A stretch of DNA of 64,000 bases, taken from contig NC_092348.1 in the NCBI RefSeq assembly GCF_963676685.1, forward strand, positions 42,718,001 through 42,782,000. Reading direction: 5' to 3'. Position 1 is the first letter of the stretch. Every line of letters begins with the position of its first letter. Positions 13,701 through 26,640 of the stretch are shown here, in pieces. The translations under genes and the position numbers were made by a program. The notes under the pieces are model-generated. The model searched no databases. It saw only the letters and a program-made list of their open reading frames with translations, and was not told where the DNA came from. Source of the stretch: Mytilus edulis. Its lineage: Eukaryota.

Positions 13701-16700
13701 ATCGGTATAGTGTACAGATTCAGAAAAGCTGAGAATTTTTTATATATCGCATACAAGGTTTTGCTTAAGGGTGCTATAAACAGTTTCGTACTAAAAACTA
13801 GGGGTATTTCCCCAGTGAGATTTACATACTGATGGAATTCCCTGCTATTTATATACCACTAAATGAAAAAGTTGATTGTTTTTTATGTTCAATGTGAAAA
13901 ACATATATTAAAGTTCAATTAAAATGCCACTTTTGTCAAGATTTAAAAAAAAAAAAATGTTTTTGTGACTTCCTACTATATGGGAGGCAACTCCATAAAC
14001 AGCTGATTTAAACCTGTTGCAAAAAGCACTTTGATTTGTCAGGTAAGATAGCTCCTTTCGGAGCAGGCGAACGTAGGCTGAAACTACATTTTCTTAAATC
14101 AGCCGGATAAGCTCTTCGAAATGCATATTATAAGAAATCTGAAATATATGCACAGGTTACTGATCCGTGTGTCCAAAGGTGGTCTGTTTTTAAGGTTTTT
14201 TAGGGGGAAAATGCCTAATTTCCAGCTGATAACTTGTACCAATTTGCATGTTTAAACAAGAGATGTTGGATTTTTTTTTATTTATTCAGAAAGTTCATAG
14301 AATTATCTTTCCATTGATGTATAGATATCTATATAACTATGAATATCTGACTTCTGCATGATGGGTCCACTATTACATGCCCTGTTACAGAATGACGTCA
14401 CGTAAAAAACTGTTGATTGCACCCTAGAGTAGAATTAAACTTATACCATGTGTATGGTTAAATCCATAATGCATGTACATAAAAAACATAAACTATTCTA
14501 GGACCTACAGAAAGAGTGGTGGTTGTATCAATTCCATGTCCAGTAGAGGTGAAGAATTTATATTCAAACTCTGTCTCACTCAATCTCCACAAGTGTTGCC
14601 ATGCTCTTCTGTTGTCCCCATCATAGGAATTTAACTCATCAATCAACTACAAGAGTCAAAATACATCATTATATGACATGCAGTCACAAACATCACAAAA
14701 ATTAAATGTATTCAATAATCTTTTATGAATTAATAGCAATATTATTTATCATTTATTAATTCAATCAATAATCGATTATGTTTATTCTAAAGTTATTGAA
14801 ACAATATTTCCAAAATTAGGACAAAATTTATGTCAACGCTATTCATGATCAGCAAAATTATCCTCCTGACCTTTGGATCTCAAGATTCTCCTGAACTTGG
14901 ATCTCAAGATTCTCCTGACCTTGGATCTCAAGATTCTCCTGACCTTTTCATCTCTATGATGTCATAAGTCTGATTACAAAGAGATGGCCATGAGGTTGAT
15001 CCTGAATAATTTGATTATCTTTAAAGAATAGTCCCTCCTGTCGAATACCCAGTACACCAACTCACCCTGTATTCTGTGAGTCCATCATTGATTCCTCTAC
15101 TGTAGATATCTAGAGGCATGGCAGAGAAAGCCATGTAAGATCCAGGGTCAGATTCTCCTCGAATCTCTACTGAATCCCTGGTAAAATCTTTACCTAGATT
15201 AACCTCTGCTTTAACCTAAGATAAAAGATAAAAGATTTGACATTTTGTTATATATTGTACTGTTATTTTAGAGCCATGTGCTTTGTCTATATTTGCTAAT
15301 ATTACATGTTCTTTCATATTTGTTTTATTAATCTACTAACTAATACAACTGGAAGTGCAATTCCATAAAACGTATTTGACCCTGCCATATTTTCATTTGA
15401 TTGTCCAAAAGTTATGAACTTTGTTTATAGTAGTTGTCAAATCAGTTTAAATCTATTTATTTGGAAAATTGGTTTTAAAGGCTGTTGATTAATTCTCAAT
15501 GCCTCTATACTTCTTTGATGTTGTTTTTTGTTTTAAATAGATATTTCCTTCTTTTATGTAACATTCAAAATAACAAAAAGGCATTATTATTTTTTTCAAT
15601 TATACCAAATTTTATTTTCATTTTGTCCTGCCAAAACTTCAGGATTTGGAATTACATCCCTTTGATAATGATATTCTTATGAAAGTTATATTCTAAACAA
15701 ATTCTTCAATACAGATCCTGTTTTTCGTTTGGCAGGTATCTAGTCTTTTGGGGATTTGCTTTTGAATATTTGTATGTGAGTTTGTTTTTTTTTTTTTTAA
15801 TTTGCTTTTGTTTTATGTTTTGTTTGTTTTGTTCATTTATTTTTTTTAGGGGGAGGGTGTGTATGGAAACTTTTATCAAAAATCCAACAGCAAAACTTAC
15901 TGGATTAGCTCTGAGCCCACTGACATAGAAACTAATGCTGTCCATGACAATTTCTTCTGGTTGTCCTGAGACATAGTACACCACTAATCTGGCTGTAGGC
16001 ACCATTTCTCTAGAGAGAGCTATAGCAAATGACTTCCTCCTAGATATCATTTCTAATTCTTCTCCAATGATGATATTTCCTTGGGCAATAACCTGTTTAA
16101 ACACCATAATGTTATAGATTGATTAAAATACAATCTAAATAGAGCAAGCAAGTGAGAGTAAAAAAAATATTTAAACAGGCAAAAAGACAAACACCTAAAT
16201 AGTAGTACCAGGATTTACCTATTGTAAAATACATTTACATGCAGATTTGATATCAGAATTGAGACAAACTCTGCATAGAATCTAATAGAAAATTTAAATT
16301 TGTCAAGTACTTTTATTTGTGGATAATCTTTTTTGCCATTAAATCCAGGATAATCAGAGTTCTAAAACACACAAATCCAAATAGAGGAACTATAAGTGAT
16401 ATAAATAATAATAATTGATTGGTTATTACAATGTGCAGAAAAAACCTGCACTGACCTCCAAAATATTTATATATGTAAATTGCCTGTATTTGTATATAAC
16501 TTTGACAATGTATTTATTACCTGGTAGTAAATTCTAGGAATATAGTTAGTTGTTCTAACATGGAATATCATGTATTCATTTGCACTAGGATTCTTTGTAG
16601 ATGTGGACACAGTGATGTAACTGTTACTTGGTGAGTAGTACCGAGTTGCCTTCATCTGTATTTCTGTATTTAAATCATTATTGTATCTTGCCTGTAATAA

Positions 16701-19700
16701 CAAAGGATATTTACTTGCAAATATAAAGGGAAACAATTTCTGACCACAACGGATAAATTAAAGACAGTTTTATAGATCAAACTAATATAACAAGTCCTGT
16801 GTGTATAGGAAAGAGTGGAGTTTACATTATTGCCTAAATTTTACATATTTCATCACAAAATGACTGAAAACAGTCACTAAAAGACTAGAGGATATATTAT
16901 GCAAATTTCTCTGAATCATGTGTCTCTAAATCAATTTTTATTGGTTAAATAATGCAACAGCTGATTCTAGATTACAGTAAACCAACTTATTTCCAAGCAT
17001 TTTTTTCCAGAGTGGAAAAACATTGTCATGAATACATAAAACCTGGATCTTCCTTTATATAAAATTGTAAAAACAAATCAACATGAAGTGAGTATCTTTA
17101 AAGATAAATTGGATTTACAGTATACATATCATATTTGGGATCAATTTATGAAGAGTAAAACTAATTAAGCTATGCATTTCATATCTAAAAAATATGCCTA
17201 TTACTTACATAAATATCCAGACCCGTTATGGTATTATCTGTTATGGCTAAATTAATTTCTGCTATTCCATTAGTGGGTGTTACTGGTCCTGGTGTGGCTA
17301 CTGATCCTGTAGAACCTGATATTGGATTGACTATAAAGTGAATAGGTTTCGCAGGTTTAACCGCTGAACCATCAAAATGCATTGCTGCCACCTGCAGATT
17401 GAAAACAAAAAATATAAAAATTTCATCACATTTTCTACAATAATCTTTATTCCTCATGTAGATGATTCTTTGACTCATCATTTTTAATATGGACACATAA
17501 AACTTATAATCTCCATAATTGGGACACTTAATAAATTTCAATATTGGCTTGTTGAATAACTATCAAATTTCATTTATCACTTGATATTTCTGAGAGTCAA
17601 ATATATATAGAAAAATGTTGGTTTAAAATAAAGAAAAAAGATAAGTCTTCTTTTATATCTAACCAACATGAGCAATGTCGGTTTGAACTAAATTATAGGA
17701 CAAAATATAACTAGTTTTTTAAGGTTAAACACAAAATCAGAAATCAAGAAATAAACTGGTCAAACAGACGTGGATTCGGATGGGGAGGCACCTACGACAA
17801 AGGCATACAAAATATATAAATACCTGAATACTAAGAGTAGAATCTGGTTTGAATGTCCTGACAATATCTCCAACCCACTGTAATCTTATCCTGGAACTGA
17901 ATATTACAGTACTAGCATAGCCTTCCTCTGTCATCATAAAGAACCAGTCATATATACTGACATTAAACTGTAACTCAAAATCCTCTAATGTGACACACTG
18001 TGGGTAAAACCTTCTCACTTCTTGTCTTATTTGTTCCATGTCAAATTCAAAGAATATTGGTCCTTTTACCTATTAAATGTACAGTAAAATATGGATTTCT
18101 TTCTACTTCAATATTCTCTTTATTTACTTTCAATTTCAATGTTATCTATTTGTGCTAAGACTACAAAAAAGCATTTTGTTTGGTTGTTGCAATTGTCACG
18201 TTGATGTTTAGCCTACATCTTTATCTATTCATACATATGCAGATACCTTTATTACAACTTAAAGTTAATTTTCTGTCTTGTAATTATCTTTTTGCCTACT
18301 AGACTGTTATGAGCATGTATTAAATTGATATTATAATTTCTATCAATTATTGAGACTAAAATTCTATTAAATATTTTCAGCATCAATTTCTATTCGATAT
18401 TTTCAGCGTCAATTTCTATTTGATATTTTCAGCGTCAATTTCTATTTGATATTTTCAGCGTCAATTTCTATTTGATATTTTCAGAGTCAATTTCTATTTG
18501 ATATTTTCAGCGTCAATTTCTATTTGATATTTTCAGCGTCAATTTCTATTCGATATTTTCAGCGTCAATTTCTATTTGATATTTTCAGCGTCAATTTCTA
18601 TTTGATATTTTCAGCGTCAATTTCTATTACATATATGATGTGATACAGTTATCTGTGTGAAGCTACACTGTTTTGTCTCATTGGCATCTCCTTATTTCTA
18701 ATTAATAATTCTGTTCTTTCTCAATTGATAATGTGTCTACATTAATCATGATTATTCCATGAATACAGGTGAACCCAGGGATAAAAATGTTCAATTAATG
18801 ACATATTTTATATGAGGAAATATGCACACTTGAAAAAAAAACAAAAAATTGTATATCCAAGAAAACGCAAGTTTTCCTCAATTTACAAAAATTGGCACCC
18901 ATGAAAATAAATGAATATGCAGTATGAGATTTTTGTATTTTAAATAGATCATTATATGTATGAATTAAAAACTACTGTAAATAATAAATGTCCTACTTAC
19001 ATAAGGGTAAACTTGACGCAACATGACAGGAGTTATTTCTGACTTGTTATAATATACTGTAGGATTCTGGTAACAAAGTGAACTTGGTGGGTACACACTG
19101 ACAACAACTGTTCCATTTCCTTCTGTTGGACGACCAGTGGTAAAACTATATATATACAGAACAAAAAATATAGTATGATTGGGGACCAGTGGTAAAACTA
19201 TATATATAAAGAGTACAAAAATATGGTTACATGTATATTAAGGTTATCACACCTTCATCTAAATTAATTTGGCTAGTTTAATTTTCATAAAATTTTGACA
19301 CAATATTAAATTGGACTTTTTGACTAAAACACAAAAATTTCCAACGAAAATATATAGCATTGTGACAAACACTTATTTTTATAGAGAAAGCTTATATTTC
19401 CTTAACAATAGCATGTGATAAAAACGTTCAGCAGATTTTTACAGAATTATCTCCCTGTAGTGTTTTGTCAAATTACGGAAATATGCAAGAACATGTATAA
19501 GTAAAAAATTTTGAAAACGCCACGATACTTTACTTTTCTAATTATTTTCATTTTAGAATATTACCATAATTACTGAGGACTATATATTAACAAAAGTGAA
19601 GTTATATGAATATAAGGAAGTTGCAAAAAAAACCCATTTTTCAGTCAGTCAGTAAAAGGTGTATAGAATAAAAAAAAAGTATCTGAAAATAACGTTTACC

Positions 19701-22700
19701 TTATACTGTATATAATGAGACTTACTTTGCATTAACTATCCCTCCAATGGTTCTCTGATTGTCCATAATATATGGTTTGACTGTTACATTCACATCAAAT
19801 CTGGGATCCCCTGAAAAAGCATGTACAAAAATATTATAATTAATGGAACATACTTTATTCATTGGATGTTTATCAAATACCCATACCACTTCGTCCCAAA
19901 TACCAAGTTAAGGATGAAGGGTAGGTATAGTCATATCCTTTGTTTTCAGCATTAATTTATTCAGTCTGCTTTCATTTTCATGCAAATAAATGTACTTTAC
20001 TTAAAGAGTTGCCACAAATAAATCTCCAACCAACACATCAAATTTAAAATGTATTTCTCTTTATTCTATCAAAATTTATTATATCATTAGACTTACAATA
20101 TTCTTCTACTAAAAAGTACTGGTTGTATCTTGTTCCCTGAAATATATAGGTTAACATAAAATATTTCTGAATGGTCACTGATAGAGTCCACCAGCTTTAT
20201 CTTCAGAGTGCAGATCAAAAATCTTAATTTATAAATATTTTTTATCTTTTGATTGTCACCCACTTTCAGCTGGAAGACCTGGAATAAGGGAGATAACTCG
20301 TCAAATAAAAACCATTAGTGTTAATATGTAAATTTATGAAAAAGTTTGACACAAACTTCCCAGTGATTTTTAAGAGTTGTGTCCCTCAGCCTGGGTCTAC
20401 CTTCTTTTGAAAAAAAACACATGATAGTCATAACATTTTAATTGGGTAAATTTTATCACCAAAAATATAAGTAAAGACAAGAGGCTGTCACAACGACAGC
20501 AAACCGGATTTATTTACATTTATTTGTGTCCTGGCAATATCACAAGAACCATTACTGATGAATGGTGAAAGTGAAAATCATCAATATCAAATTTGACCTC
20601 TATTTTGTCATCAGTATCAACATTTTGAAATAATAATATTTGAAAAGCTTAGATTGAATGGTTCATGAGTAAATGCAACAACGTGAATGGAAACGCCATT
20701 TTACGATCTTTCAAGAACCATAACTCCTGAACAGTCAAAATCGTCATTATGGAACTTGACCTCTATTTTGTCATCAGTAACAACATATTAAAATTTCAAA
20801 AGCTTTGGTTGAATGGTTCATGAGAAAATGCACGGACACGACGGGAAACACCATTTTTCAATCTTTCAAGAACCATAACTCCTGAACGGTAAAAGTCAAA
20901 ATCGTCATTATTGAACTTGACCTCCATTTTGTCATCAGTAACAGCATATTAAAATTTCGGAAGCTTTGGTAGAACAGTTCATGCATAAATGCACGGACAC
21001 GACTGGAAACTCCATTTTTCAATCTTTCAAGAACCATAACTCCTGAACGGTAAAAGTCAAAATCGCCATTATTGAACTTGACCTCCGTATAGTTGTCAGT
21101 AATAACATATTAAAATTTTAAAAGCTTTGGTTGAACGGTTCATGAGTTAATGCACGGACAACATTTGATTGCCGCCTTTCAAGAACCATAACTCCTGAAC
21201 GGTAAAAGTCAAAATCGTCATTATTGAACTTGACCTTCGTATAGTTGTCAGTAATAACATATTAAAATTCTAAAAGCTTTGGTTGAACGGTTCATGAGTA
21301 AATGCACGGACAACATTTGATTGCCGCCCGCCCGCCCGGCCGCCCGCCGTACATCCCCAAATCAATAACCGACATTTTTTCACAAAAATCCGGTTAAAAA
21401 CTAACTTCATAAATCCTGATAAAATTTCAGTCAAGTTGCAAAATAAAACAAAAATTCTTCACAGAAGACACTTTGCAAAAATGAATGTAAATTGATCTTA
21501 CAGACATTGATTTCAAATTCCACAAAAAAAACATTACATAAAATCTTCAAGTATATGTTTTAAAATTAAAATAGTGTCAACATTAATTATAAAATTACTA
21601 ATTATACTTACAAATGCATCTACTACTATGGACCAATTACCATAATTAGGCTGATCTGACAGTTCAAAACTCTGACTAACAAGACCTGATAAAAAAAGAG
21701 GGAAACTTACTTTTAAAACATCAAAAACAGAGCAACATTTAAAATTGCTTGTTTTCAAAATTCCAATAGGGAACATACTTTTTATAATTGTATAAATAAA
21801 CCAAATTTTTAAAGACGTTTTGAAAAATTTGGTTTATTTATACAATTATTTAAAATTGCTTTAACAATAAAATGAATCTGACCTCTCATTGCTTATGAAG
21901 AAAAAAAGTTTCATGTTACACTAAAGTCAGTGAAGTGTATTAAAAACAAGGAGATGTTATGATTGTCGATGGCACTTATATAAAGTATGTTCCCTATTGG
22001 AATTTTGAAAACAAAGATGATCGACACTTCTATCAAAGGATCAAGCATTTATGCATATTTGTACTATATTTTACTTTTTCATCCAGCCACATATCGGTAA
22101 CTTCTTCAGTTGTTGTTTTTTTGTCATACTAACTTTATTATTTTTAGAGAATTTGTTGTCGATGTCAGATTTTTACAGTCTCTTTTCAAGTTAATCGCTA
22201 TTAGGATATAGACCGACCATCAAAAGGTTTTTGACAATCCCTCAAATCCCCAAATAAGAAAATTCAGTAGAAACTCTCTGCTTTGGGTGGTTTTTGTGAC
22301 AGAGAGAACAACAATTATTTTTTTAAAATATTCCACATTGTTTACAACCTTGCTTAAAATCTTAAAACTAAAAAATACATATCTTTTCCTTAATACAAAA
22401 TACCTTACAAGTATATATAAATGGACCAAACTTTTTTAAGACCCAGAATTCTGTTGAATAATTGCTGCACACAGCAAATAAAATAAAGTGTAAAGGTGTT
22501 TTGTTTTGGTTTATTTTTTATCTTTTTTTTTATTTATTTTTACCTCCTGCATTTGTTTGAACAGCCAACCATCTTCTTACAGGGAAACCTGTTGGATCCT
22601 AAAATTAAATAAAAACAACTTATGTCAAGGTACTGGAAACTAATCATCATTATTTTTTGCTGAACATAAATTAAATCAAACAGCCAATCCATTATTAGCT

Positions 22701-25090
22701 AATCTTTTTAAATTCTTTTTATGTACTATTACAACAGTAGAGGTTAGAACAGGATTGAGACACGTTCACAGCCACATTTGTTCTGTGCCTGTTATAGGAA
22801 CATGTGTTCTATTGGTTGTCTATTGTTGTTGTCTGCCATAATGTGTATGTTGTTCTATTCAAATTAAGCAAAAAATCAGGCTGTTCTGTTTGTTTTGTTG
22901 GATTGTTTTACAATTTGTAATGTCAGAAAAGCATGTGATTGGTTTGGTGTCAGATTAAATGTATCCAGGTAGGATAACTCATCTTCCTACATACTTGAAA
23001 TTTAATAGCAAGTTGAAAATCAAACTCTGAGCAAAAGATGGATATATTCATCATGTTCATATTCAATAAGCTTATCTCCTGAAATACAAGTAATATTAGA
23101 GGCTTGATGTTCAGCAGCCAAAAATCTATAAAATTAGTTTTCTCAGGGTAGCATACTGCTAGATTTTGTGGGTATAATGAAAATGAGTATGTATAAGCTA
23201 TAAATATTTTTACTTACGTGTACATATATGGTCATACTCCCATATTTAGGCATTAAATTTGGCAAAATTGGTACCACTCTGAAATGCACTGAAATAAGAA
23301 AAAAATCAAAATAGTGTTTATCAATACATTTGTACCAAATACTGTAAACACACTTAATTTGCATGGTTACTTTTTATTATGTTAAACCCTCCCAAGAAAT
23401 CATGCTGCAAATCTTTTTTTTTCTAACTGTATCTTGGAATTTTATTTGGACATTATATTGCTTTTGAATCTACTTACCGGTCTGACTTTGTCTATAAATA
23501 GGTTTACTGAGCTGTATTAATAATGATGCCTGTTTGGGACTAAATTCTAATCTGGTCTCATTAAAAAATATATTCCCACTGTTACTTCCATATTCACTGC
23601 CTTCCACTCTTAAAATATAGTTTCCTTTTTGAGCATTGCCAGGCATCTAAAATAAAGAAATTATTTGGAAAAAATGTATGAATAATGTCGATCACACAAT
23701 TCATATTCTTGCAATTTAGGATATCAATATATTGTACATTTCCATAAAATTTGTCTGATTCTTTTGACTGATAGTCATCTTTTGTCATCATACATGGAAG
23801 TGAATCATGCACATGTATAAGGTACAGGTTCAAAATACTACTACTCAATGCTGTGTAGAGAATTTTTATGACCAAACATTGGATGTTTAAGGTGGTACCT
23901 AACACTACAGTGAGATAACTCTGTGAAATCAGCTAAATGTTTTAATCACATTGCGTTATTAAGGGAATATTAAGCTTCTTAATAATCAAAATTAGTGTTT
24001 GTCAAACTGCTATATAAACAGTGTAATTATTCTGATAAATTGGTTGGTTCAAATATTTTAAAATTTTTATATTTTTTTCAAAGGGTCAAAATAAATACTT
24101 TGTCAAAATTTTATGAAAATTAAACGATCCAAATTAATTTTAGTGAAGGTGTTGGGTACCACCTTAACAGGACTTTCCTTATTTGAGAGTAGAACCTAAA
24201 AAAAATACATAAGCAGTGTTTTTGTTTTGCTTCACATTTTTTTTCTGTTGATAATATGATTACACATTTTAAAAATTCTAGTGTACAATTTTTTTTTAAT
24301 TAGACACATACCCTCATTTGCATTATTCTGCTTCCAGGACGATCAAACATTAATTCAGATCCTGCATACATCACTTTTCCCTCAACCACAGATATCTTCA
24401 CATTAACTTGTTGATATTCTAGTCGCAGAATAGTCACAAAGACTTGAATGACCATACTTGGTCTGATTCTTTTAGGCGCCACCACCAAGAAGGTGCTATA
24501 AATAGAAGAAAATATAATAATTTATCCAGTGAACAATTAAAGAAGAAAATATAAATAAATAAATAATTATATATAAACATGGTTTGGACATATGAAAGAT
24601 TTTAGAAATATCAAACATCAGAATATCCAGAATGACTAAGGTAATACAAATAACTATAGACTTTTGTGAATAAAAAAAATGTTGAACATCTGTGTTTTCA
24701 CTTTGGTCAATTTAAAGAACAGCAATTGTTCTTAATCTCAAAGTCGGTGAGGTTCAGTGAAGCTAAATCATTTATTTACCTCAGTGAAAGTCCAACCAAC
24801 TCCTGTTTGATTGACAAAATTACTAAATCAGCTAAATAAGTTTAACATGGATGTCAGTTTTTTTTATATACTAAATGCCTTATAAAAATGTTAAAAACAC
24901 ACTTGAAAAAATTTCCTATTAAGGCTTAAACCATGCCAACTTTTAAAACAAGTAGGACATTAATCTTATTAATCATAACTTACGGAGCTCTATCCATCTT
25001 GTATCCATCAGTGTTAGTTATAACAGTGTCTCTAGTTTGTGTCCATCCTGTCTGCACCAGGACAGACAATAGCAATAGGTATACCAGCAT
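1771..25090 (-). CDS. Mcr: Macroglobulin complement-related (Mcr/TEP6-like) alpha-2-macroglobulin-family protein, thioester-dead, with LDLa domain; 3'-partial (continues past position 1)
   Basis: 26 GT-AG exons assembled by hand, all phase-consistent (3498 nt, 1166 codons): 25090-24984, 24495-24312, 23646-23478, 23288-23218, 22598-22544, 21685-21612, 20136-20097, 19810-19726, 19145-19001, 18069-17824, 17391-17209, 16691-16521, 16092-15901, 15215-15066, 14646-14509, 10062-10014, 9582-9463, 8961-8847, 7570-7453, 7240-7004, 5817-5686, 4964-4793, 4339-4151, 3239-3161, 2566-2392, 1872-1771. Signal peptide MLVYLLLLSVLVQTGWT. A2M-family motifs FLVVAP, IQLSKPIYRQSQTVHFRVV, VEEYWDPRFDV, PTARLVVYY, QRQLSYMNDDGSFSMF, WLTAFVAKTF, VPLTSYVLIAL. 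LDLa exon PCFTGEICYSINKTCDGQKFCSDWADEQNC. Thioester position RRPYGGGEMNM. The symbol rests on domain architecture, not phylogeny. Confidence 0.9.
2844..3042. repeat. Inverted repeat with about 57-bp arms around a G/C-tract MITE
   Basis: GTAATAAAGAAAAATGTTCATCCAATATATTTCTCAATTATCAGGGGCAGATGGGG at 2844 and its reverse complement ending at 3042. Confidence 0.8.
3761..3919. repeat. About 160-bp imperfect palindrome (foldback/MITE-derived)
   Basis: Arms TAATGAATGGC...ATAATCCGC / GCGGATTAT...GCCATTCATTA around a TTT loop. Confidence 0.8.
5305..5672. repeat. About 23-bp minisatellite (TGAATAAACTTACTTTTTTAACA), about 15 copies
   Basis: Visible directly; lies just inside the intron after the donor of exon 5817-5686. 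Confidence 0.85.
6272..6851. mobile_element. Non-autonomous TIR element (MITE), about 580 bp
   Basis: TIRs AAAGGAGTATGTTCGATAAGG...GGCCCC / GGGGCC...CCTTATCGAACTTACTCCTTT; internal inverted segment GGAAACATAGAGCGCA / TGCGCTCTATGTTTCC. Confidence 0.75.
8304..8392. repeat. Short hairpin/MITE remnant
   Basis: ATTAATACATGGCCTTTTC ... GAAAAGGCCATGTATTAAT. Confidence 0.6.
10607..12058. repeat. 44-bp minisatellite, about 33 copies, intronic
   Basis: Unit GTTACATCTCATCACTGTCATAGATCCACAGTAGTGTCTGACAA; no unique spacers. Confidence 0.95.
12098..12310. repeat. About 67-bp tandem repeat x3 inside a dispersed repeat
   Basis: CTTTCAACACT...GTGGCCATCAGTGGTGGCAGCCACAGTGACTGGAGAGAACCAGCAA three times. Confidence 0.85.
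12348..13002. mobile_element. 655-bp TIR element (MITE), copy 1
   Basis: Ends GGGTGCTATAAAC... / ...GTTGATTGCACCC; near-identical to 13769-14424. Confidence 0.85.
13769..14424. mobile_element. 656-bp TIR element (MITE), copy 2, in direct orientation
   Basis: Ends GGGTGCTATAAACAGTTT / AAACTGTTGATTGCACCC; near-identical to 12348-13002. Confidence 0.85.
14863..14946. repeat. About 24-bp tandem repeat x3.5
   Basis: CTCCTGACCTTGGATCTCAAGATT repeated. Confidence 0.8.
18371..18627. repeat. 26-bp minisatellite, about 10 copies
   Basis: Unit GATATTTTCAGCGTCAATTTCTATTT. Confidence 0.9.
20474..21400 (+). mobile_element. Helentron/HINE-like non-autonomous element with internal 155-160-bp tandem array
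   Basis: Subterminal inverted motif AACCGGATTT / AAATCCGGTT; AAGAACCATAACTCCTGAAC recurs at about 20713, 20869, 21029 and 21181; (GCCC)n microsatellite near the end. This is the layout of bivalve satellite-carrying Helentron derivatives. Confidence 0.65.
23891..24163. mobile_element. MITE with TTAA target-site duplication (Kolobok-like termini); degenerate inverted copy at about 19239-19465
   Basis: TTAA|GGTGGTACCTAACAC ... GTGTTGGGTACCACC|TTAA. Confidence 0.8.
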
Positions 25091-26040
25091 TTTATGACAA
25101 CATCTAAAATTCAAAATAAATGTGTATGAAAATCAAACTATTCAATAATGAATACTTCAAATGTATTGAGACAATTATGTCGTAAAGAGAACTTTCAGGT
25201 ATTTTAAAATAAAACAAATCAATGATGATTTTTGAATTGTACACACCACTATGACATTTTTTTCCAAAGTTAATGGTCATTTTTTCGAATTTCGGGACCT
25301 CTGGATTTCATGTTTTTAAGCCCGGGATTTCGGGATTTAGTGTTTTTAAGTCCGGGATTTCGGGATCAGAACCCCTCCTATCCCCCCTCACTATTGACAT
25401 GAAAAGGGGTTATAGTATCGCACTAGGAAAAATTTTGAAGAAAAAATGCATTCGGTAAAAAGGTCAGCATACAACAATATCCTATCTTGCTAAAGATTAA
25501 CCTTTTATAATGCTTTTGTACCTATAAAATTAACATATGATTGGCAATCATATAACTGCTCCTTTTTTAAATAGATTCACTTCAGCGAAACCCCCGAATT
25601 ATTTGCATTCAATGCAAAAAAATCACCCCAATGAAATGTAACTATATAACCTGTTAAAACAGTTAATTTGTCAAAAACTACCAATTTGTGGTAAAATGAA
25701 CTTCAGGAAGTGAACCGGAAGTGCCTTTTCTCAGGTGAAACTATCCTAATAACATTTATTTAAAACTATAACCCGTTCTTATCAAAACGATTCAAACTGA
25801 AATATTAAATAAAACACTTGTTTTCTTCGTTGCAACGATAATAATTACATGACACTGTTATTATTGTGACTAATTCTTCGGAAATGGCGGTCCAGTTATA
25901 AACATTTGAAACAACACACCTGTAAACACAGGTGAGCATGATGTCTACAGGTGTGATTGGAAGTTTTTCTCAACAATAACTTTCGTTGTTCTATACAATA
26001 TATATTTTTAATTGAAAATGGTCTTAAAAAACGTACTCAC

Positions 26041-26160
26041 CTGTAAAAGTTTTCTAGTTTTCGGTTACGAATACCTGAGTTGTGACTAAAAGGTCAAGGT
26101 AAAATGCAGCCTCGATTCTATTTTCCTTCGGAATTTCCAAGTCCAGTCAGAGTATGAGTA
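26041..26160 (-). other. Probable 5' non-coding first exon of the Mcr-like gene (5' boundary uncertain)
   Basis: Strong donor CAG|GTGAGT on the minus strand at 26041/26040, upstream of the ATG exon, which has its own acceptor at 25104-25105. ETS-type CCGGAAGTG motif nearby at 25715-25723. Confidence 0.45.
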
Positions 26161-26269
26161 CGCGGGAAATTTGAAATCCTATACTAGTCGAGTATGGCCT
26201 CCGTTTTATTTTGGCGACGTAATGATTTAGAAAATACATCAAATTTAATAGACAATAGAAAATAGACAA

Positions 26270-26640
26270 TATTTATTAGCACAAACACATTTACATTAAA
26301 TGGTTATGGCATACAAAATTAAGACAATAAAATGACAATAGTTATTAGAGTGACAGTGGTATTCACAGCGAAGAAAGACAAAAAACTATAAATATCGACA
26401 GTTTTAAGCACATTATATACTTTATGGTGATTTTTATAATGACTGGTATACTGCTATTTAAAAGTGCAGTCATATGCCTCACTGTTATAGCTGACTGCAA
26501 TTTAATAAAATTGAAATTAAGATTTTATTAATATTTTGTATATAGGTATCCCTCAATGATGTATAGCGTGGACAGACTGAGAAGAAATAGTATTCATCCT
26601 CAATTTCTTGTCTGTTAGATAAATATGCATCTGTGATGAG
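26270..26640 (-). mobile_element. Decayed 3' end of a non-LTR retrotransposon
   Basis: Fragment EIEDEYYFFSVCPRYTSLRDTYI resembles the C-terminal zinc-knuckle region of LINE ORF2. Confidence 0.5.
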
